Below, piece by piece: positions 46,846 through 60,668 of a DNA stretch of 64,000 nucleotides (positions within the stretch are counted from its first letter, which is position 1; each line of letters starts with the position of its first letter). The notes below the pieces were generated by a model that did no database searches, was not told the origin of the DNA, and was given only the letters and a program-made list of their open reading frames with translations. Source of the stretch: Amoebophrya sp. A120. Its lineage: Eukaryota > Protista > Dinoflagellata. Position numbers and translations under genes: made by a program. The stretch lies in NCBI GenBank assembly GCA_905178155.1, contig CAJINV010000004.1, positions 1,580,784 through 1,644,783 of the forward strand. The letters run 5' to 3'.

Positions 46846-49800
46846 ATGCTTCGCAAGGCGGGACGATCAAGATGTCGGCGACAAGCGGTGAAGAACAAAA
46901 ATATGCAGCGTCGGGGTGCTAGTGCTACTAGTGTCTTTGTCAACATTCTTATTGCAGCCTGTGCTGTAGTACTCCGAGCACGGTCAGCAGCACAGAACCT
47001 CGTCAAGGGGAAAATACTTCTGCGTGGTTCCCCTGCCGTGGTCAACTCCTCGTCTTCCACGGGCACAACCACATCACCAGCAGGAAACGAGAGCGATAGG
47101 CGTACACCTTCTACGAACAAGGCGAAGCTGCACATATCCTGGGCGACTCCGCTCGTGAGTGCAGCTTACGAGTCGTGTCCGTCGTGGTACAGTGACCATG
47201 TGCTGCTGGGACCACTTTTCCGTATCGTTGGAGACGACGAGGAGAGCAAGACAGCGAAGGGTCAAATCTCCAAAGGTGAGCCAGCACTTAGTCAGGACGA
47301 CGACGGCGGCTTTACCGATGAAGAAAGTTCCACTACAGGCACGAGCTCGGACGAGGATGACGAAACAATAGCGAGTCAGGAGGACGACGACGAGGAACGT
47401 CATGATGGTCTACAGGGTCTACATGAAGGACACGACGGTGAAGCACGACGGAGCGGGATCGTGCATCAAATCGCGCAGTGTGGTAGTAGTTCTTGTACAA
47501 CATCACACAATATCTTTAGTAACCCGGCCGGGATGGAGACTGTGACTGCATCGAGGGACGACGACGTCGACATGGATCATGGTGCTTCGCCTTCTATTTG
47601 CAGTCCAGAAAAGAAGATGAATTGTCCAAAATCCACCTCCCCGACAACGTACACCGGTTGTACTAGCCAGTCGTGTGCACGAATGTACTTCGGGAGTGCG
47701 ACTACGCTTAGTACTCCTTGGATGAAAAGCGAGTCCGGGCAGCACGACCAGCTGCATCATGCTACTAGTAGTACACCAGGCGGCCACCTGCTATCGCCAA
47801 GCGACCTGGAGCAGCCGGAAGGAGAGCTTTCGCCCATGGTTTTCTCTTCTTGCTTTCTTAATGGAAAAAATAGCGAGCAACTTTTGGACCAGGAGCTGGG
47901 TTGTCCTGCGCAGCTGAAGACCACGGGTGGGTGTAGAAGTAGTAGTTCATCTGCGTCGGCTGGAGCAGCAGGTCATTCCGAAGCACAAGCACTACGTAAA
48001 AGGACGAAGGCGAATTCTGATGACGCAGATGAGTCCTTGGTGTTAATACCAAGAGGAGGTGGCAGACCGGGAGTTGAAACATCAAAAGATGAGGATCATT
48101 ATACTACTTTGGCAAGGCGGCCGGGACGAGAGCGAGAGGGAGAACGAGTTCTGCTGCAGACATCGCGAGGTCGCGCACAGACGCCGTTTCGGCGACGGAC
48201 AAATAAACTAGAGAGTCGAAAAATACGAGATGAGACCTCTAGCACCTCATGCGCAGGAGGGGCTCCTTGGGCAGGGGATACAGCGGCAGCTTCAATTAGT
48301 GGTATTGAACTTCATTCTGCTTCTGCGCCAGCAGATGAAGAAGTACTTCTAAGACCGTCTCCCGAAGAGGTAGGGGCGCATCAGGTCGGTGTCCGTGCCG
48401 CAAAAAGCTGCTCCACTAGGCCGCCGCCCTCTTCTTCGCGTCGTGTGCGCAGCAGGGAGGGCCGAGGAACTCAGAACAGAACTGCTGGAGGGCGCGTGGG
48501 GCCGCCGAAGTTGCCAGGAGCAGCAGCAGCTGCGCCGACAGCTAAAACTGGTTTGTCACAGGAGCGGCCAACCGGAGACATGGTTTCACCCGTGGCGTCT
48601 GTAGCAGCCACCCACCAGCCGCGAGGAGGTGGAACACTTGCAGCTCCTGGGCAGCTTGCTTTATCAGAACCCCCAGGAAGTACATCTTCACCAAAGAAGT
48701 TTGCCAAGCCGTCGAGCCAGGCGAAGAAAAACTTTCGGGCGGCGGTGAAGAAGGCCGAACAGAAATCGCGCAAGAAACTGGCGTATCAAATGCAAAAATG
48801 TCTGGGTCTGGAAGAATGCAAGATTTGTCATGCGTATATCTCATGACCGATGATGCCTGTAATGCTTGACCTAGCATCGCAGACTTTTGGAAGGCTTCCT
48901 GAGGCACCTTCCGCATGAGAAATACCCTGTCAGTGTAGCAAATACTGTACCCCTCTTGCTGGTCATGCAATACAAATTTTTTTAGAATCCAAAGACAGCA
49001 TGACAGGTTGCAATCTTCCACACCCGGACACTTTTGCAGTTGATATGGCCAAGCAGCAGTCGGAGGACCTGGAACTCGAGCGCGCGCGGCGAACCAACAC
49101 CAAGAGACTGCGGCGGGCCTGTCGCATGGCGCTGGTGAGTTTCGCGTGTCTAGGCGCGGAGCCCTTCCTCTTGCCCCTCAGGTTCGACCCGAGTAAAACC
49201 GAGCAGCCAAGCAGCGACACGACGAGACCGACATCGGGCAGTAGTACTAGTACCGATAGCGCTCCTGCATCAGGAGTCGTGTCCTGGTTCAATGCCCTAG
49301 TATCTTCTGTGGTTCAACAACCTTTTTCATCATCACCCGGCAGCACCAGTTACTTCGGCCGGCCGGCTGATAGTGTCGTGTCCATGTGGACGCCTGACAT
49401 CGACGCCCTGCTGTGCACGCACCAGTTTTTGCGGGAGTGGTACGCGTATCAAATGCAAAAATGTCTGGGTCTGGAAGGATGCAACTTGTGATGCGCATTT
49501 CACAACACACAAAAATCTCTCATGCATAGGTAGCAAAAGCTGCCCACTTTCTGTCACCAAAATGGGGGATTTGTCATGCTGATTTGGCATTGCGGAAGCT
49601 TCTCGAAGCCTGTGATGCTAGAGCTTCCATGCCAGACCTTCTGTGTCATGCAAAAACAGCATGACTCTTCCAGACCCAGACACTTTTACATTTCATAACG
49701 CGCAGGATCCGAACGCGGTCCGGTTGTCTATCGCCGGCGCCGCGCCCTTGGGACGGATCTACTGCCGGACTGCCAACACAGCTAGCTCGCCAGAGGAGAA

Positions 49801-52800
49801 GCGGTCGCGGTTAAAGAACTTGCGGGCCGCGCTGAAAATGAGTGCGGCCAGGGGTGGAACAGAAGTGGGCGGCGGAGAGGAAGGCGCAACGGGGTCGTGG
49901 AACACGTTTTCCCGGGGGGAAATCCGTCCGCAACTCCAGCGCCGGAGACTGTTGGACCTGCCGGAAATGAGCTTGCTGCTTGCGAAAGAGGCGGACGTGC
50001 AGGCAGAAAAGAAGCGCTTGGTGGAGATTAGAAGGAAGAAGGAGCAGAACAAAGCGAGGTCGCTTCTCAAGGCGAAGCAGCAAGAACAAAACCTTCAAAA
50101 TGCTGGTCAAGAAGGAATAAAAGAAGGAACGGGTTGGATGAGCAGAGAGGATCTCAAAGCAACGGCAAAGTCCTCGTACGACATTCACCAACAGGAAAAA
50201 ATCAATAAGCGAGCCGCTGCCAGAGCAAATCGTGTAAGAACCGAAAAAGCGAAAAATTCCGCAGACGCTGCAGCGTCATCAACATCATCAACGAAGAGCA
50301 CGACGACCAAGTCTTCTGCCGGTGGGGGTTCATTTTCGTTTGCTGAATTTCTGGAAGACGAGAAGTTCCGCTACCCGGAGGACGCGTCTTTGTTCGGCAT
50401 GCACATCCCGAAATACGGACAAGTAGTCAACCCCGAAGTGGTCTCCGTCGGACTGCCGGTCATCGTGCGGTTCAAGCACGATGTCGACGAAAACTTGGAA
50501 GCCGTGGTATCAGAATGAAAAAACCCCCCTCCCCATATCAAAACGAAGTTTCTGATGCTGTGTTTGCGTACACAAATTGCCTTGCTGGCGAGGACTGCAG
50601 GCCCATATCAAGCCTGAGAAGACAGGTTTTGGCCTAGGCGCGTAGCATGACAGACTTCTACGCTGTAGGAACATAAGCATGACAAGCCGCCTGTAGGATG
50701 CGGCGGAGCCTGTGGAGTTGCCTTCATGCAACACAGAGACGACCTGTGGTCACAAATCAGCAACGCAAATCTTCGAGCACGTAGCTTGTCAATATGGGGA
50801 GGGGGGATTTTTCCTTTTGATATGTGGCCCACAACAAGGGCCGGGAGATCTCGCCGACCACCGTTCCGCCGGGCACTTACGTCTACTTGGATTGGATCCC
50901 GACCAGAGCCATACAGCCACTAGACGGAAACAGGAACAATGATCAGCACGACGAGCAGGGTCGTGATCCTCGCGGGGGAGGGAAAATGGAAAAGAACAGC
51001 ATTTTTCCCAAGAGGGTATCAACTCCACTGGGCGACGAGTCCGAATCCGCTGCCGCTGAATCAACACCGCGTGGTCGTTCATCAGGAATAAACGAGGCTG
51101 ATGCAGTAGAAGTCGACGATGACCACATGGGCGAGGAGGAGGACGCCGAGAATTCTTTTCCCGACGATCCCTATGAAGATTTGAAAGAGGAAGTGGCTTT
51201 AGCAGGTGCTGGCGCAAGAACATCTTTTCCCGCGGGGGAAGGAGGAAGCCCAGCACGGCCTGGGGCCCGCGGAGGGCGAGAAAATCGTCCTGGTGTTTCA
51301 GTAGAGAAAAGAGCAGGCGAGCTTGAGGCACTTGTTGGCGCGAGGCAGCGAACAAGAGATTTGGACGAGCATGAAGATGCGAGGGAACCTCCAATCGCAA
51401 CCGCATCATCAACTGCGGTACCAGCTTCCGGTGAAGATCATCCGTCAGTCGCCGAAATCTCGGCGGGGTTGAGGAGTCTGCAGCTGTTTGACTCGCACGA
51501 CATTGATAGTAGTTCGTCGAAGAACGAAACTTGCGGTCTGTTGGAAGATACCCAAAAGAGCGACGCGCGAAAGCACGTCGAGAAAGCTGCAGATGAAGAT
51601 GATGCGAACAAGAGTTATCTGAGGCAAAACGAAGACCACGACCACGGCACGGCTGCCGCTGGTGAGAAACTTTCTTCGCAAGATGCACGTAGAACTGCAA
51701 GAAATGGGCAACATCACCAAGGCCATAGTCCGTCTAGTGAATCTGTTCGGCAACACAACCAGGAAGTCCACCCCAGAACAAGAAGTCCCCCGCCGCGACC
51801 GCCCGTCGAGCGTTGCGTCTACTTGGACCAGCTGTGTCCGACCGACGGACCGCTCACGGAGACGTGCGTCAGAAACTTGTATCCCACAGAAAAAGACAGG
51901 CAGGTCAGATTTGTAATGCAAAAAAAGAAAGATACACAGAAGAACTTGTCTTGGGCGGCCCCATAGCATGCTGTTTAGGTAGGATGTACAATACAGATTT
52001 TTTGGTGTATTTATTTTTGCATTACAAATCTGACCTGCCTGCTTTTTTCTGTGTGATAACTTGGCCCAGTTGCTCACGGACACAGAGAACCCGGAAATAT
52101 CGAAAGTGACGATGCGGACGTTGACACAGCACAGTGGAGACGACGATGAAAAGAAAGACAAGCACGAAGAAGTAGATCCAGATCCTTCCTTCGTAATAGC
52201 GCAGATGAAAATCTCCATTGCCGACCCTGTCGTCGAGTCCATCGTCCAGCTTGCATCGGAGGCCTCGAAGCAGGCTTTAGCGGATGCGCTGCGCAGCGAG
52301 TACGGAGTGGAGGCGTGGAGGAACAAAAAATCGGATTACGGCTCCGTCTGCTTCCAACCCTCGGTGCTCCGGACCATTTTCAACGGGATCTCTTTTGCGC
52401 ATTGCACGCCGCGCCTGTCTCTGGCGAATGCTCTGCGGTATGCGCAGGTCACGGAAGTTCCGTTCAAAGTCGTGAAGGAGCGCGAGCGGCGGGTTTTTAC
52501 TTCGCCCGGTCGTGGGGACGAACAAAACGACAAAGTGAACAAAAATCATGCTGAAGAAGCAGGACGAGATAAAGAAAAAGAAAGACAAACAAAAGCGTTA
52601 CCCCCGTCCTCCGAGACCTTTCGCGTCTTGTTGCACAAGTTCGGCATCACTGACTACGGGTACGAGAAATGGAAGCGGGAGAAATTGGAAAATTTTTTTC
52701 GTAGAAGTAGTTCAACAGCAGAACAAATACATCCTCAACGGCCCGGCAAGAAGATGAACAGCGAGGAGAGTAGTAGAAACAGCCACAAGAACACGACAGA

Positions 52801-55800
52801 TGTTGAGCCTAGTAGACCACATGATCAAGGAGCACGACGAGCCGCCGGGCGAAGCAAGGCTGCGCCTGTTTCTTCATCTGCGATGCAGCAGGACGCCAAA
52901 AATACGAGGAAGAGGGAGCAGGAGCGAAAAGAAATGAATGACGTGGAGGCCGAATATCAACGCCGTCCCAACAGTGTGGAAGATGAACTACTGCAAGAAA
53001 GAGTAGAGTTGTCGTCTTTAGAGGACGCCGCCGCGCTGGGCCCGAGTGTGGTCCTGTACCCGGACTATTTGCAAAAACACATCGGGCCGTTGTGGGTGGA
53101 TGCGCTTACGGCCGACGGGGTAGAAGATGCAGATCAGAACAGGAGCCACTTCCTAGTGTTACGAGAGCAGCCAGTGGATTTCGCAGCAGGAGGCGATGAA
53201 CCTCCGCGCAGTAAAAATAAACCAAATAAAGCAAAAATCCACGTTGGGCCTGTGAAACCGACCGTGTACCATTTGCAAGACAGCGCGGTGCGCACCGACT
53301 ACGACGGCCTATCCCTGGCGAGCGAGACTTTGGTCATGTCCTCAGCTGGCGGCGGGACGAGGAGGATTGGTGCGTCTAGTAGTACATCTTCCCGTGCTAG
53401 TTCCTCATCTTCTCCTGCGGCACCTTCACGGCCGAGTACTCGCAGCCCGGTTGAAACTGCGATGAATTGGATAGCAGCCAAGACGCAGAAAGCTTTGGGG
53501 GATTTGGACCGCGCATTTTCCGAAAAGAATGGATTGGACCACTCGCGATTCAATTTATTCAAGGAGGAGAAAATGTCGAAAACGCCAGAAGCAGAAGTAC
53601 GCGACGACAAAGGCAGTATGGAAGTGGGATCAAATAAAGAAGTAGAGATGAGATTAAAGCAGCATCCGTACAACCTGCTGGAGCGCACGGGCCGTGGAAC
53701 TACTGCACATCATGATGCGAGTACTGGTGCAGGAGCGCATGGTCATGAGGGGCCAGCACGTAGCGAAAGCGAAAAAACCTCCTTCTATTCACGGCAGGAC
53801 CAGTTGTACCAGACTGCACCATCTCCAGAACAACAACAACAAGAAGAAGTAGACCTCCGGGCCGAGACTGAGGCGAGCAGCCGGCAGTTCGAGGGAGTGC
53901 TGGGGTTTCGCGAGGGGCTGCTGTCGGGTGCCGCGAAGGCGGTTGCGGTGGATGCGAGAAGAAAAGCGATGTACAAAAACAACTACGGCACCGGGAGGTC
54001 CTCTGGTGACGGTGAGTACGGGATCATGAGTTCTGACGCGAAAGCAGAAATAAAACGGGATGAAGAATATCAAAAACGAAACGCCACCTCCTCGACGACG
54101 ACCTCAAAAGCGCGGAAGGAAGATGGTAAGAACATGAACAATCTTAAAAACGGCGACAGCATCAAGAAGAAGAAAAGCGGCGTAGTTGTGCCACTCTCCG
54201 AGGCGGAGACCCAATTGCTCCGCGTACTGCTACTGCAAGAAGTAGAAGAGCAAAGATATGAGAATGACAACGCTGAAGGACCACGAGCAGGGGGTCCACC
54301 ACCTGCTGCAGCAACAGGGTCAAGTGGCAAGCAAAAAACGAAAGAAAGTGTGCGTCCTGCGTGGAAGCAAGACCTGGCCTACCGGTGGCGATTTGAAATG
54401 GAAGAGCGCATGTTTGTGTCCGACTTTTCGGAGGTCAGCGGCGGCGACGCCGTCTGGAGCTTCCTGGCCTTATCCTCAGTAAAAATGTCCCCACGCCAGA
54501 GTTGTCATGCAGATTTGCAACGACAGGGACATCTGTGATGCGCATACCCATGGTAGACATTTCCAATCGTGTTTTGGAATTTGTGATGCTGTGAACAGGA
54601 TAAGCAGATGGATCTGTGATGCGGCTGCACTTGCTAACTTGCACTACACTACGGAGCGCAACTTGTCATGCGTGACTCCCAAAACTCCTACGTTTGTGTT
54701 GCAAAATCCCCATCTCGACTACGGGGTTGGGACGTTTTTACATAGGATAGGCCTCGGTGGAGATTTACGCGAAGCTCGTCAGTGAGTCCCTTGCCATGCG
54801 CCGGGAACTGATGCGCACCGGGCGGATCAGGTCGACGTCCTTTTCGTCATCTTCTGCATCTTCATCGAGGCAAGAAGATGAAAAATCTTCCGAGAAGAAG
54901 AACATGAACAAGCAAGAAGTGCTGGATCACGACATGATTTTCGAGCAAGCCACGCAGTCCGTCCAACTGGCACAGGTATTCGCGGAGGTGCTGCAGAACC
55001 ATAACCACGCCGTCTGTCAGCGGGTGGGCCACACCAGTTTGCGAGTGGAGAACATCACCGCCGTGCCGGAAGTCCCTGTTGGAAGTGCAGCTGGTGGTGG
55101 TAAAAATGCTACGGACCGCAGGGAGACATCTTCGTCGGGCCGGGAAATGAATGCGAGAGGGAACAAGAATAAACCTGCAGCAGTCGAAGAAGAGGTGAAG
55201 AGCCGAAATGATCGTGACGAGGTTCATCTTAAAGATGCTGAAACCGGTTCCTCGGACAAGCCCCAGCTGGAGCAGCAGCAGCAGGAAAAGGAGCTGTATC
55301 ACGAGTGGCTTTCCGTGTGGACTGCCGAGGCGGTGGGGGCGAAGCTGTTTCTTATCAACGTCAACACAGGCGATGCGATTGACGCGGACACTGGGGAAGT
55401 CGTGAAAAACCAAGACTGTATGGCCGCGGAAACGAAGAAATTCCGGCGCGGCAAAACGCGGGCTGGCTTTGGTGCTTCTGCGGATGATGTTGAACTTGAA
55501 GTTGAAAGTAAAAGCATGGAAGTAGTCGACTTCGAAGCAGGACCACGAGAGGACCAAGAGCAACATCAGCAGGACCACGACCTTCATGATCAAAATTCCC
55601 AGCACGACAGCAACGACGATGACCACCAGAGAAAGTCTGCCCAAGATGAAGTAAAACAAGAGGAAGTCCTTTCGGATCTGTACTTTCGCATCAGTGGCAA
55701 CTCCTGCTTGGATACGCACTGGAAAGCGAGCAAAGCGGAAGCAGGGTACGTCCCGGGAGTGCGCCCCACTTTGCTCGAAAGACAGAAGCCGCACACCTTC

Positions 55801-58800
55801 ACCCCAACGGTGTCAAGCTTGTTCGACGACAGTACTAGCAGCGACAATATTAAACCTCCGAGAACTGTGGATTGCAAAAATGTCTGGGTCTGGAAGAATG
55901 CAACTTGTGATGCTGCATTTGGATTCCAAAAAAATTTGTATTGCATGAGTAGCAAAAGGAGTATAATTTTTGCTACAATGATAGGGCATTCGCATTTATT
56001 GTCATGCGGAATAGGCATCAAGTTCAAGATGCCCTCAAAAAATATGTTTATGTGATGCTAGGGCGTGCATCACAGACATCATGGCTCATGCAAGACGTGC
56101 ATCACAAGTTTCAGAATCTTCCAGACTCAGACATTTTTACAGTTGATAAGAACGAACACCTGGACGAGCAAGAAAGACGCGCGGGAGCAGCCGCTGCCTT
56201 GTACGAAAGAACCCATTCAGTGCAGTGTCGGAGAGTTATTCTGAGTAAAAACGTCCCCACCCCAGAGTTCTTGTCATGCAAATCTGCTTGTCAAAGAGGT
56301 TTCTAATGCGGAGCGCCATGAGAGGCATTTTCTAGTCGTGTTTTGGAATTTGTGATGCTATAATCAGCATGATATGCTAGATCTGTGATGCTGCTGAACT
56401 ACCTAAATATGATTACACTACGAGGACAAACTTGTCATGCGAAACAACCAAAGCTGGCTGATTTGTCTAGCAGATTTTCCATCTTGTTGATGACTCGGGT
56501 GTGGGGACGTTTTTCCTCAGAATAAGAGTTGAAATCTGTTTTGACCCGCTTGCAATTGGACGCCATGCACATGTTGGAAAACTCGGAAGCACTGCACCAT
56601 GCGGCCTCGAGCAACCCAGACCCATTGATGAAGCTGCTTGAAACGGCAGCAAGGGAGGGGGCTGGGCCGGGGACCTCGCCCTCTGCGGGCCAGAGTCAGA
56701 AGCCGTTCGCAAGTCTCAAGGCTGTGCAAGAGTATTCATAATTGATGACTCTTCATGCATAAAGATTTGCTTTAGCTTTTGATTTTGTTTTTGATGCACG
56801 CAAGGGATACATACTTTTCGAGGGCACCAGCTCGAATTTCGTTGATCAATTTCTACTAATTGGTCGTGCGCGACGTCGACGTTGTGTCTGATTTTGATAC
56901 TCAGGTACTGGCGTCACGTACTGTATTCTTCCCGTCTTTCCCACGAGCACGTGCAGAACCCAAAGAACACCGCCGAGCGACTCTTGATGGTAGACCGAGC
57001 GCACCCGCTGGTGCCCCGAGATTTGATCAACCAGCTGGCCTCGAGCATTTACGCCGCCGAGCAGCACCACGGACGAAACGTGGCGAGTCGGTTGTTTCGC
57101 ACGCACCTGCGGCCGCTGATCCAGCGGAACGGGCTGCACTACTTTCTGGCCATCAGCGGCAAAGACGTGGAGAACACGATGTATGTACCCATCGCAAATA
57201 CGTGGTCTGGGTCTGGAAAAATAAAGCCTGTCTTTTTTGGCTAGCATGAGCCTGGAAAATCTGTATTGCGTAAACCCTCTTCTGTCATGCAAAAATGCAG
57301 TAGTTTCTCATGCGCGCTCTGGATGAGAAGGCTCAATGATAAACACTCCAATACCACGACAATGTTCCAGGCCCGGACATATTTGCAATCCATACCCCCA
57401 CTGGCTGTATAACTACGTGAAGCGCCAGGACTACCAGCGGGAGCTCCGGGAGTTCACGTGGCTGCAAGGGGTGGAATCGGCTTACGCGGTGTGCAAGCTG
57501 TTTTTGGAAAAAACCTTCGGAACAAGCGCCACTGCTGTTGGAAGTTCGACTTTTGAGGTGCCGATGTACAACCCCCGCACCAGCAGTGATGAAGAAGCAA
57601 TATACCAGGCCGCCGTGGTGATCCACGAGCGATTTTCTAACATAGCAAATGAGGAGGGGCTCCTTTTCTTACAATCTCTTTTCGCGGAACTACATCAGGA
57701 CTTCGGAGATTTTTCGCAGCATAAAAAAAACCAGTTCGATAAAAAAACGTTTTACCATCTGCGAAAGGTGGACTCGAACTTACTCGTCCACCGCATGCAG
57801 AGCGTCGCGAAGCGCGAGATGGCGGTTATCAAAGTGAAAGAGCAGTTGGAGATGGAGCAACTGTTGAAAAAAAGTTCTTCTTCAGACATAGAAAAACTTA
57901 CTTCTCGAAATAAACAAGTAGAAGAAGAAGAAGTGCCAACTCTTGGCCAGCTGCACCTCGAGCAGCACTCCGAAGAGGGAGGACAAGCAGAAGAAAAAAC
58001 CGCGGACGTGACGAAAAAAAACCTCCCGATAGTTCTCCGCGAAGTCGAGTTGGCGCTGAAGGGCGCTGTGTCCGCGAGTTTCGCGCGCACCGTGCATCGG
58101 CAGATTCAGAACGACCGATTCAAATCTGAAGTGCACTTTGTGCAGTCTTTGGTATTGTCTCTGGTGCAGCAGTACCTCCGGTCAGTTTACAACACAGACA
58201 GGAGGACAAGAAAAATGAATACCCGTACTGGACCTGGACAAGACGATAGTGGCACAAGTAGAAGTGCCAGAAGTTCTTCGCCCCGCCCAGGTTTCGCCAC
58301 GTCGTTTCCCCAAGCTGCGTGGAAAGAAGGTCCACCAAATCAGCACATCCCCAAGAACATTAATGCGAGAGGGGGACGAGGACAAGCTATGTTGAGAGAC
58401 CTGAAACGATTCCTGCGCCCCTTCTGGCCGCGCATCACCGAGCGCTGGCGCGCACGTACCGGCTGCGATGAGCAGTGCGCTCAGGGGTTACAGAAGGCCG
58501 GCAGCGTCGCTGCGCACGTGCAGATCATGCGTCTGCTTCCGCACAGCTTGTCCTTTCTGCTGCGGGCGCTGTTGCTGCGCAGCAGGGATTGCGTGCAGGG
58601 AGGTTCTTTTTCATCTGGTTGGGCGACAGGAACGAAAAAGCGCAAAAAAAGGCAGGGGACCTGTCTAACGAACAACCTGCGTGAAGGTTCTGTGCACGAC
58701 AACAAGAAGTCCAATCGTCGTTCAACAGCTGGTGGACGACCTCGTGCGCTCCTAGACCCGGCCCGATTGGAACATATTCTGGTCGCAGCGTCGCGCCTGG

Positions 58801-59726
58801 CGAAGTACGTGGTTTTGTTCCAGCGCAGCAAGCACGTCTGGCAAGACTTGGAGGGCGTCTTACCCGTCCTCGCTGTGGATGTCGCGGATCTGTTCGGACC
58901 GCAAGTGCTGAACGACGAAAGATGTAGTAGTGCAAGTAGCGTGCTACAACAAGAAGAACAACTCCCAAGAAGGAGAGCTACGTCAACAAGTCGCAGCAAG
59001 AAAAAATTTGCTACGAAAAGAAGTCCTGACCACTCCAAAAATCCACCGGGCAGCAGAACCTGCCGCCCCGTGACGATTGCGAACGCGTTTTTGACCCTGA
59101 TTCGTGCGTACGGACTCAAGCCTGCGAAGACGCAGAAACTGACGATCGAGCGGTTTTGGTGGCTGATTAATGCCGCTGTGGAAATGAGTGCGTACTACGA
59201 GACCGTGATTCGGGGTTCGCGGGTGGATTTCTGGCACCAGATTAGGTCGTCCGCGTGGAGGTCCTCAAAGATGAACAAGCGGGACGAGTTCGAGTTGGAT
59301 TATCAAAAGTTGGCACAACCGGAAGAACAAAAGCAAGACCTTGATCATGTAGCCAACGCGGTTTCTCTGCATCGCAAGATGGAGGCCGCTTGGTTTGCGC
59401 GAATACAGGAGGAGAGTCTGTACGCGGGTGTTGGCACCCGCGTCCGGCTGCGCAGCCCCGTGGAGGATTTCTTAGAGGGGGCGGAAGGAACGGTTGTCGC
59501 GATCCATCCAGACAAGAAGGTTCTCGTGAAATTTTCCGGCTCCACCGCGCTGCGGCACCCTGAGTGGGCGGATGTCACTGCGGCACTGCCGCGGTCGGAC
59601 GTGCTGAGCCTGCACGGGGCAGAAGCAGACGACGTGTCTGTGTGCGACACGAGCTGTTTGATACACATTGCCAGCGTGTGGCGCAGGAGCAGGTGCAACG
59701 CAAGACCGGAATCGTGTCAAAATTAG
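46846..59726 (+). CDS. Very large hypothetical protein, mostly low-complexity, with eight introner introns and one GT-AG intron
   Basis: ORFs 46777, 49000, 49643, 50824, 52061, 54757, 56529, 56882 and 57336 chain across the intervening elements; no domain recognised. Confidence 0.7.
48784..49045. mobile_element. Introner, family A
   Basis: TIRs; DR tggcg/tggcc. Confidence 0.92.
49447..49697. mobile_element. Introner, family A
   Basis: TIRs; DR acgcg. Confidence 0.93.
50508..50822. mobile_element. Introner, family C
   Basis: TIRs; DR cgtgg/tgtgg. Confidence 0.92.
51880..52058. mobile_element. Introner, long-TIR (foldback-like) family
   Basis: cacagaaaaa..caggcaggtcagatttgtaatgcaaaaa mirrored at the right end; DR acttg. 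Confidence 0.9.
54471..54749. mobile_element. Introner, family B
   Basis: TIRs; DR ggcct. Confidence 0.93.
55866..56148. mobile_element. Introner, family A (left end TGT)
   Basis: TIRs; DR agaac. Confidence 0.92.
56237..56524. mobile_element. Introner, family B
   Basis: TIRs; DR agagt. Confidence 0.92.
57182..57394. mobile_element. Introner, family A, diverged; left boundary approximate
   Basis: gtctgggtctggaa / ttccaggcccggacatatttgc; joins ENTM to YPHWLY. Confidence 0.75.
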
Positions 59727-60668
59727 TGACTTGTTTTCTCACGTGAAAGTAGTAGGTGGGGGCTACTACTCTAGTGCTGTTTTAGGTAGTACGGCTAGAC
59801 ATAGTAGTGGTACATCAGCTGTACATACTATATTCGCGGCTGTGAAGCTCCTGCGAAGGGGCAGTTGGGTCTACATTATGCCATTGCATGACAACATAAA
59901 CATTACAATTACAAATAACGATACGGTTTCTGACCGTTCTATCTCGTGAATCTTACGTAGCAGTACATCCCGAATCTCAATTTCAAAGAAAAAAACCGAT
60001 CAAGAATACTTACGTCATCTAGAAGTAAAAAAGTGCTCCTATTAGGCTTAGTTAGGTGGAAGCGCTGCGCACTGCGGTCAAATGGGTGCTTATCAGTAGG
60101 CTTGTGGTCGCCGGTTTGACGGAATGAAATTTGAAAATCACAACCTTGAACGGGCGGCCAGCAGTATCTGGACGAATTTACTGACTGCAGGAACAAAATA
60201 AATGAAGATAACACGACGACCGAAATGGCGAGAAGCCGTCTAGTAGCACCGGCGATTTATCGATTCTCTCGTTGTCTTGTGTGAAGCTGAAGGTCAGCAG
60301 TTCTTATGGCGCAAGCCTCGCGCTCTCGGGGTCCTCGGAAAAACAATGTGGCTACTACTAAAAAATCACGCTCAAGATTATATGTAAACGCCAGCGATCA
60401 ACATGGATGATAACAAGGGTAGTAGTAGAGGCAGTAATGTCCTCACAGGTCGGTGAACAAAAGATTATCGCAGGTCGCTGAAGAAAAAGCACTTTCTTTA
60501 TGTTGGTAGAATACTAGATCTAGAGAAAAGTAAGCGCGTTCACACTGTTGCTGCATCCCACTGTAAGTACAACTCTGTATTCCGTTTTCTGCGTCGTTAT
60601 CAAGCCATCATCAGCTTCGGCTTCAATCAATTTTGAAACTCTGATGTGATGATCCAGAAAAGCCACCC

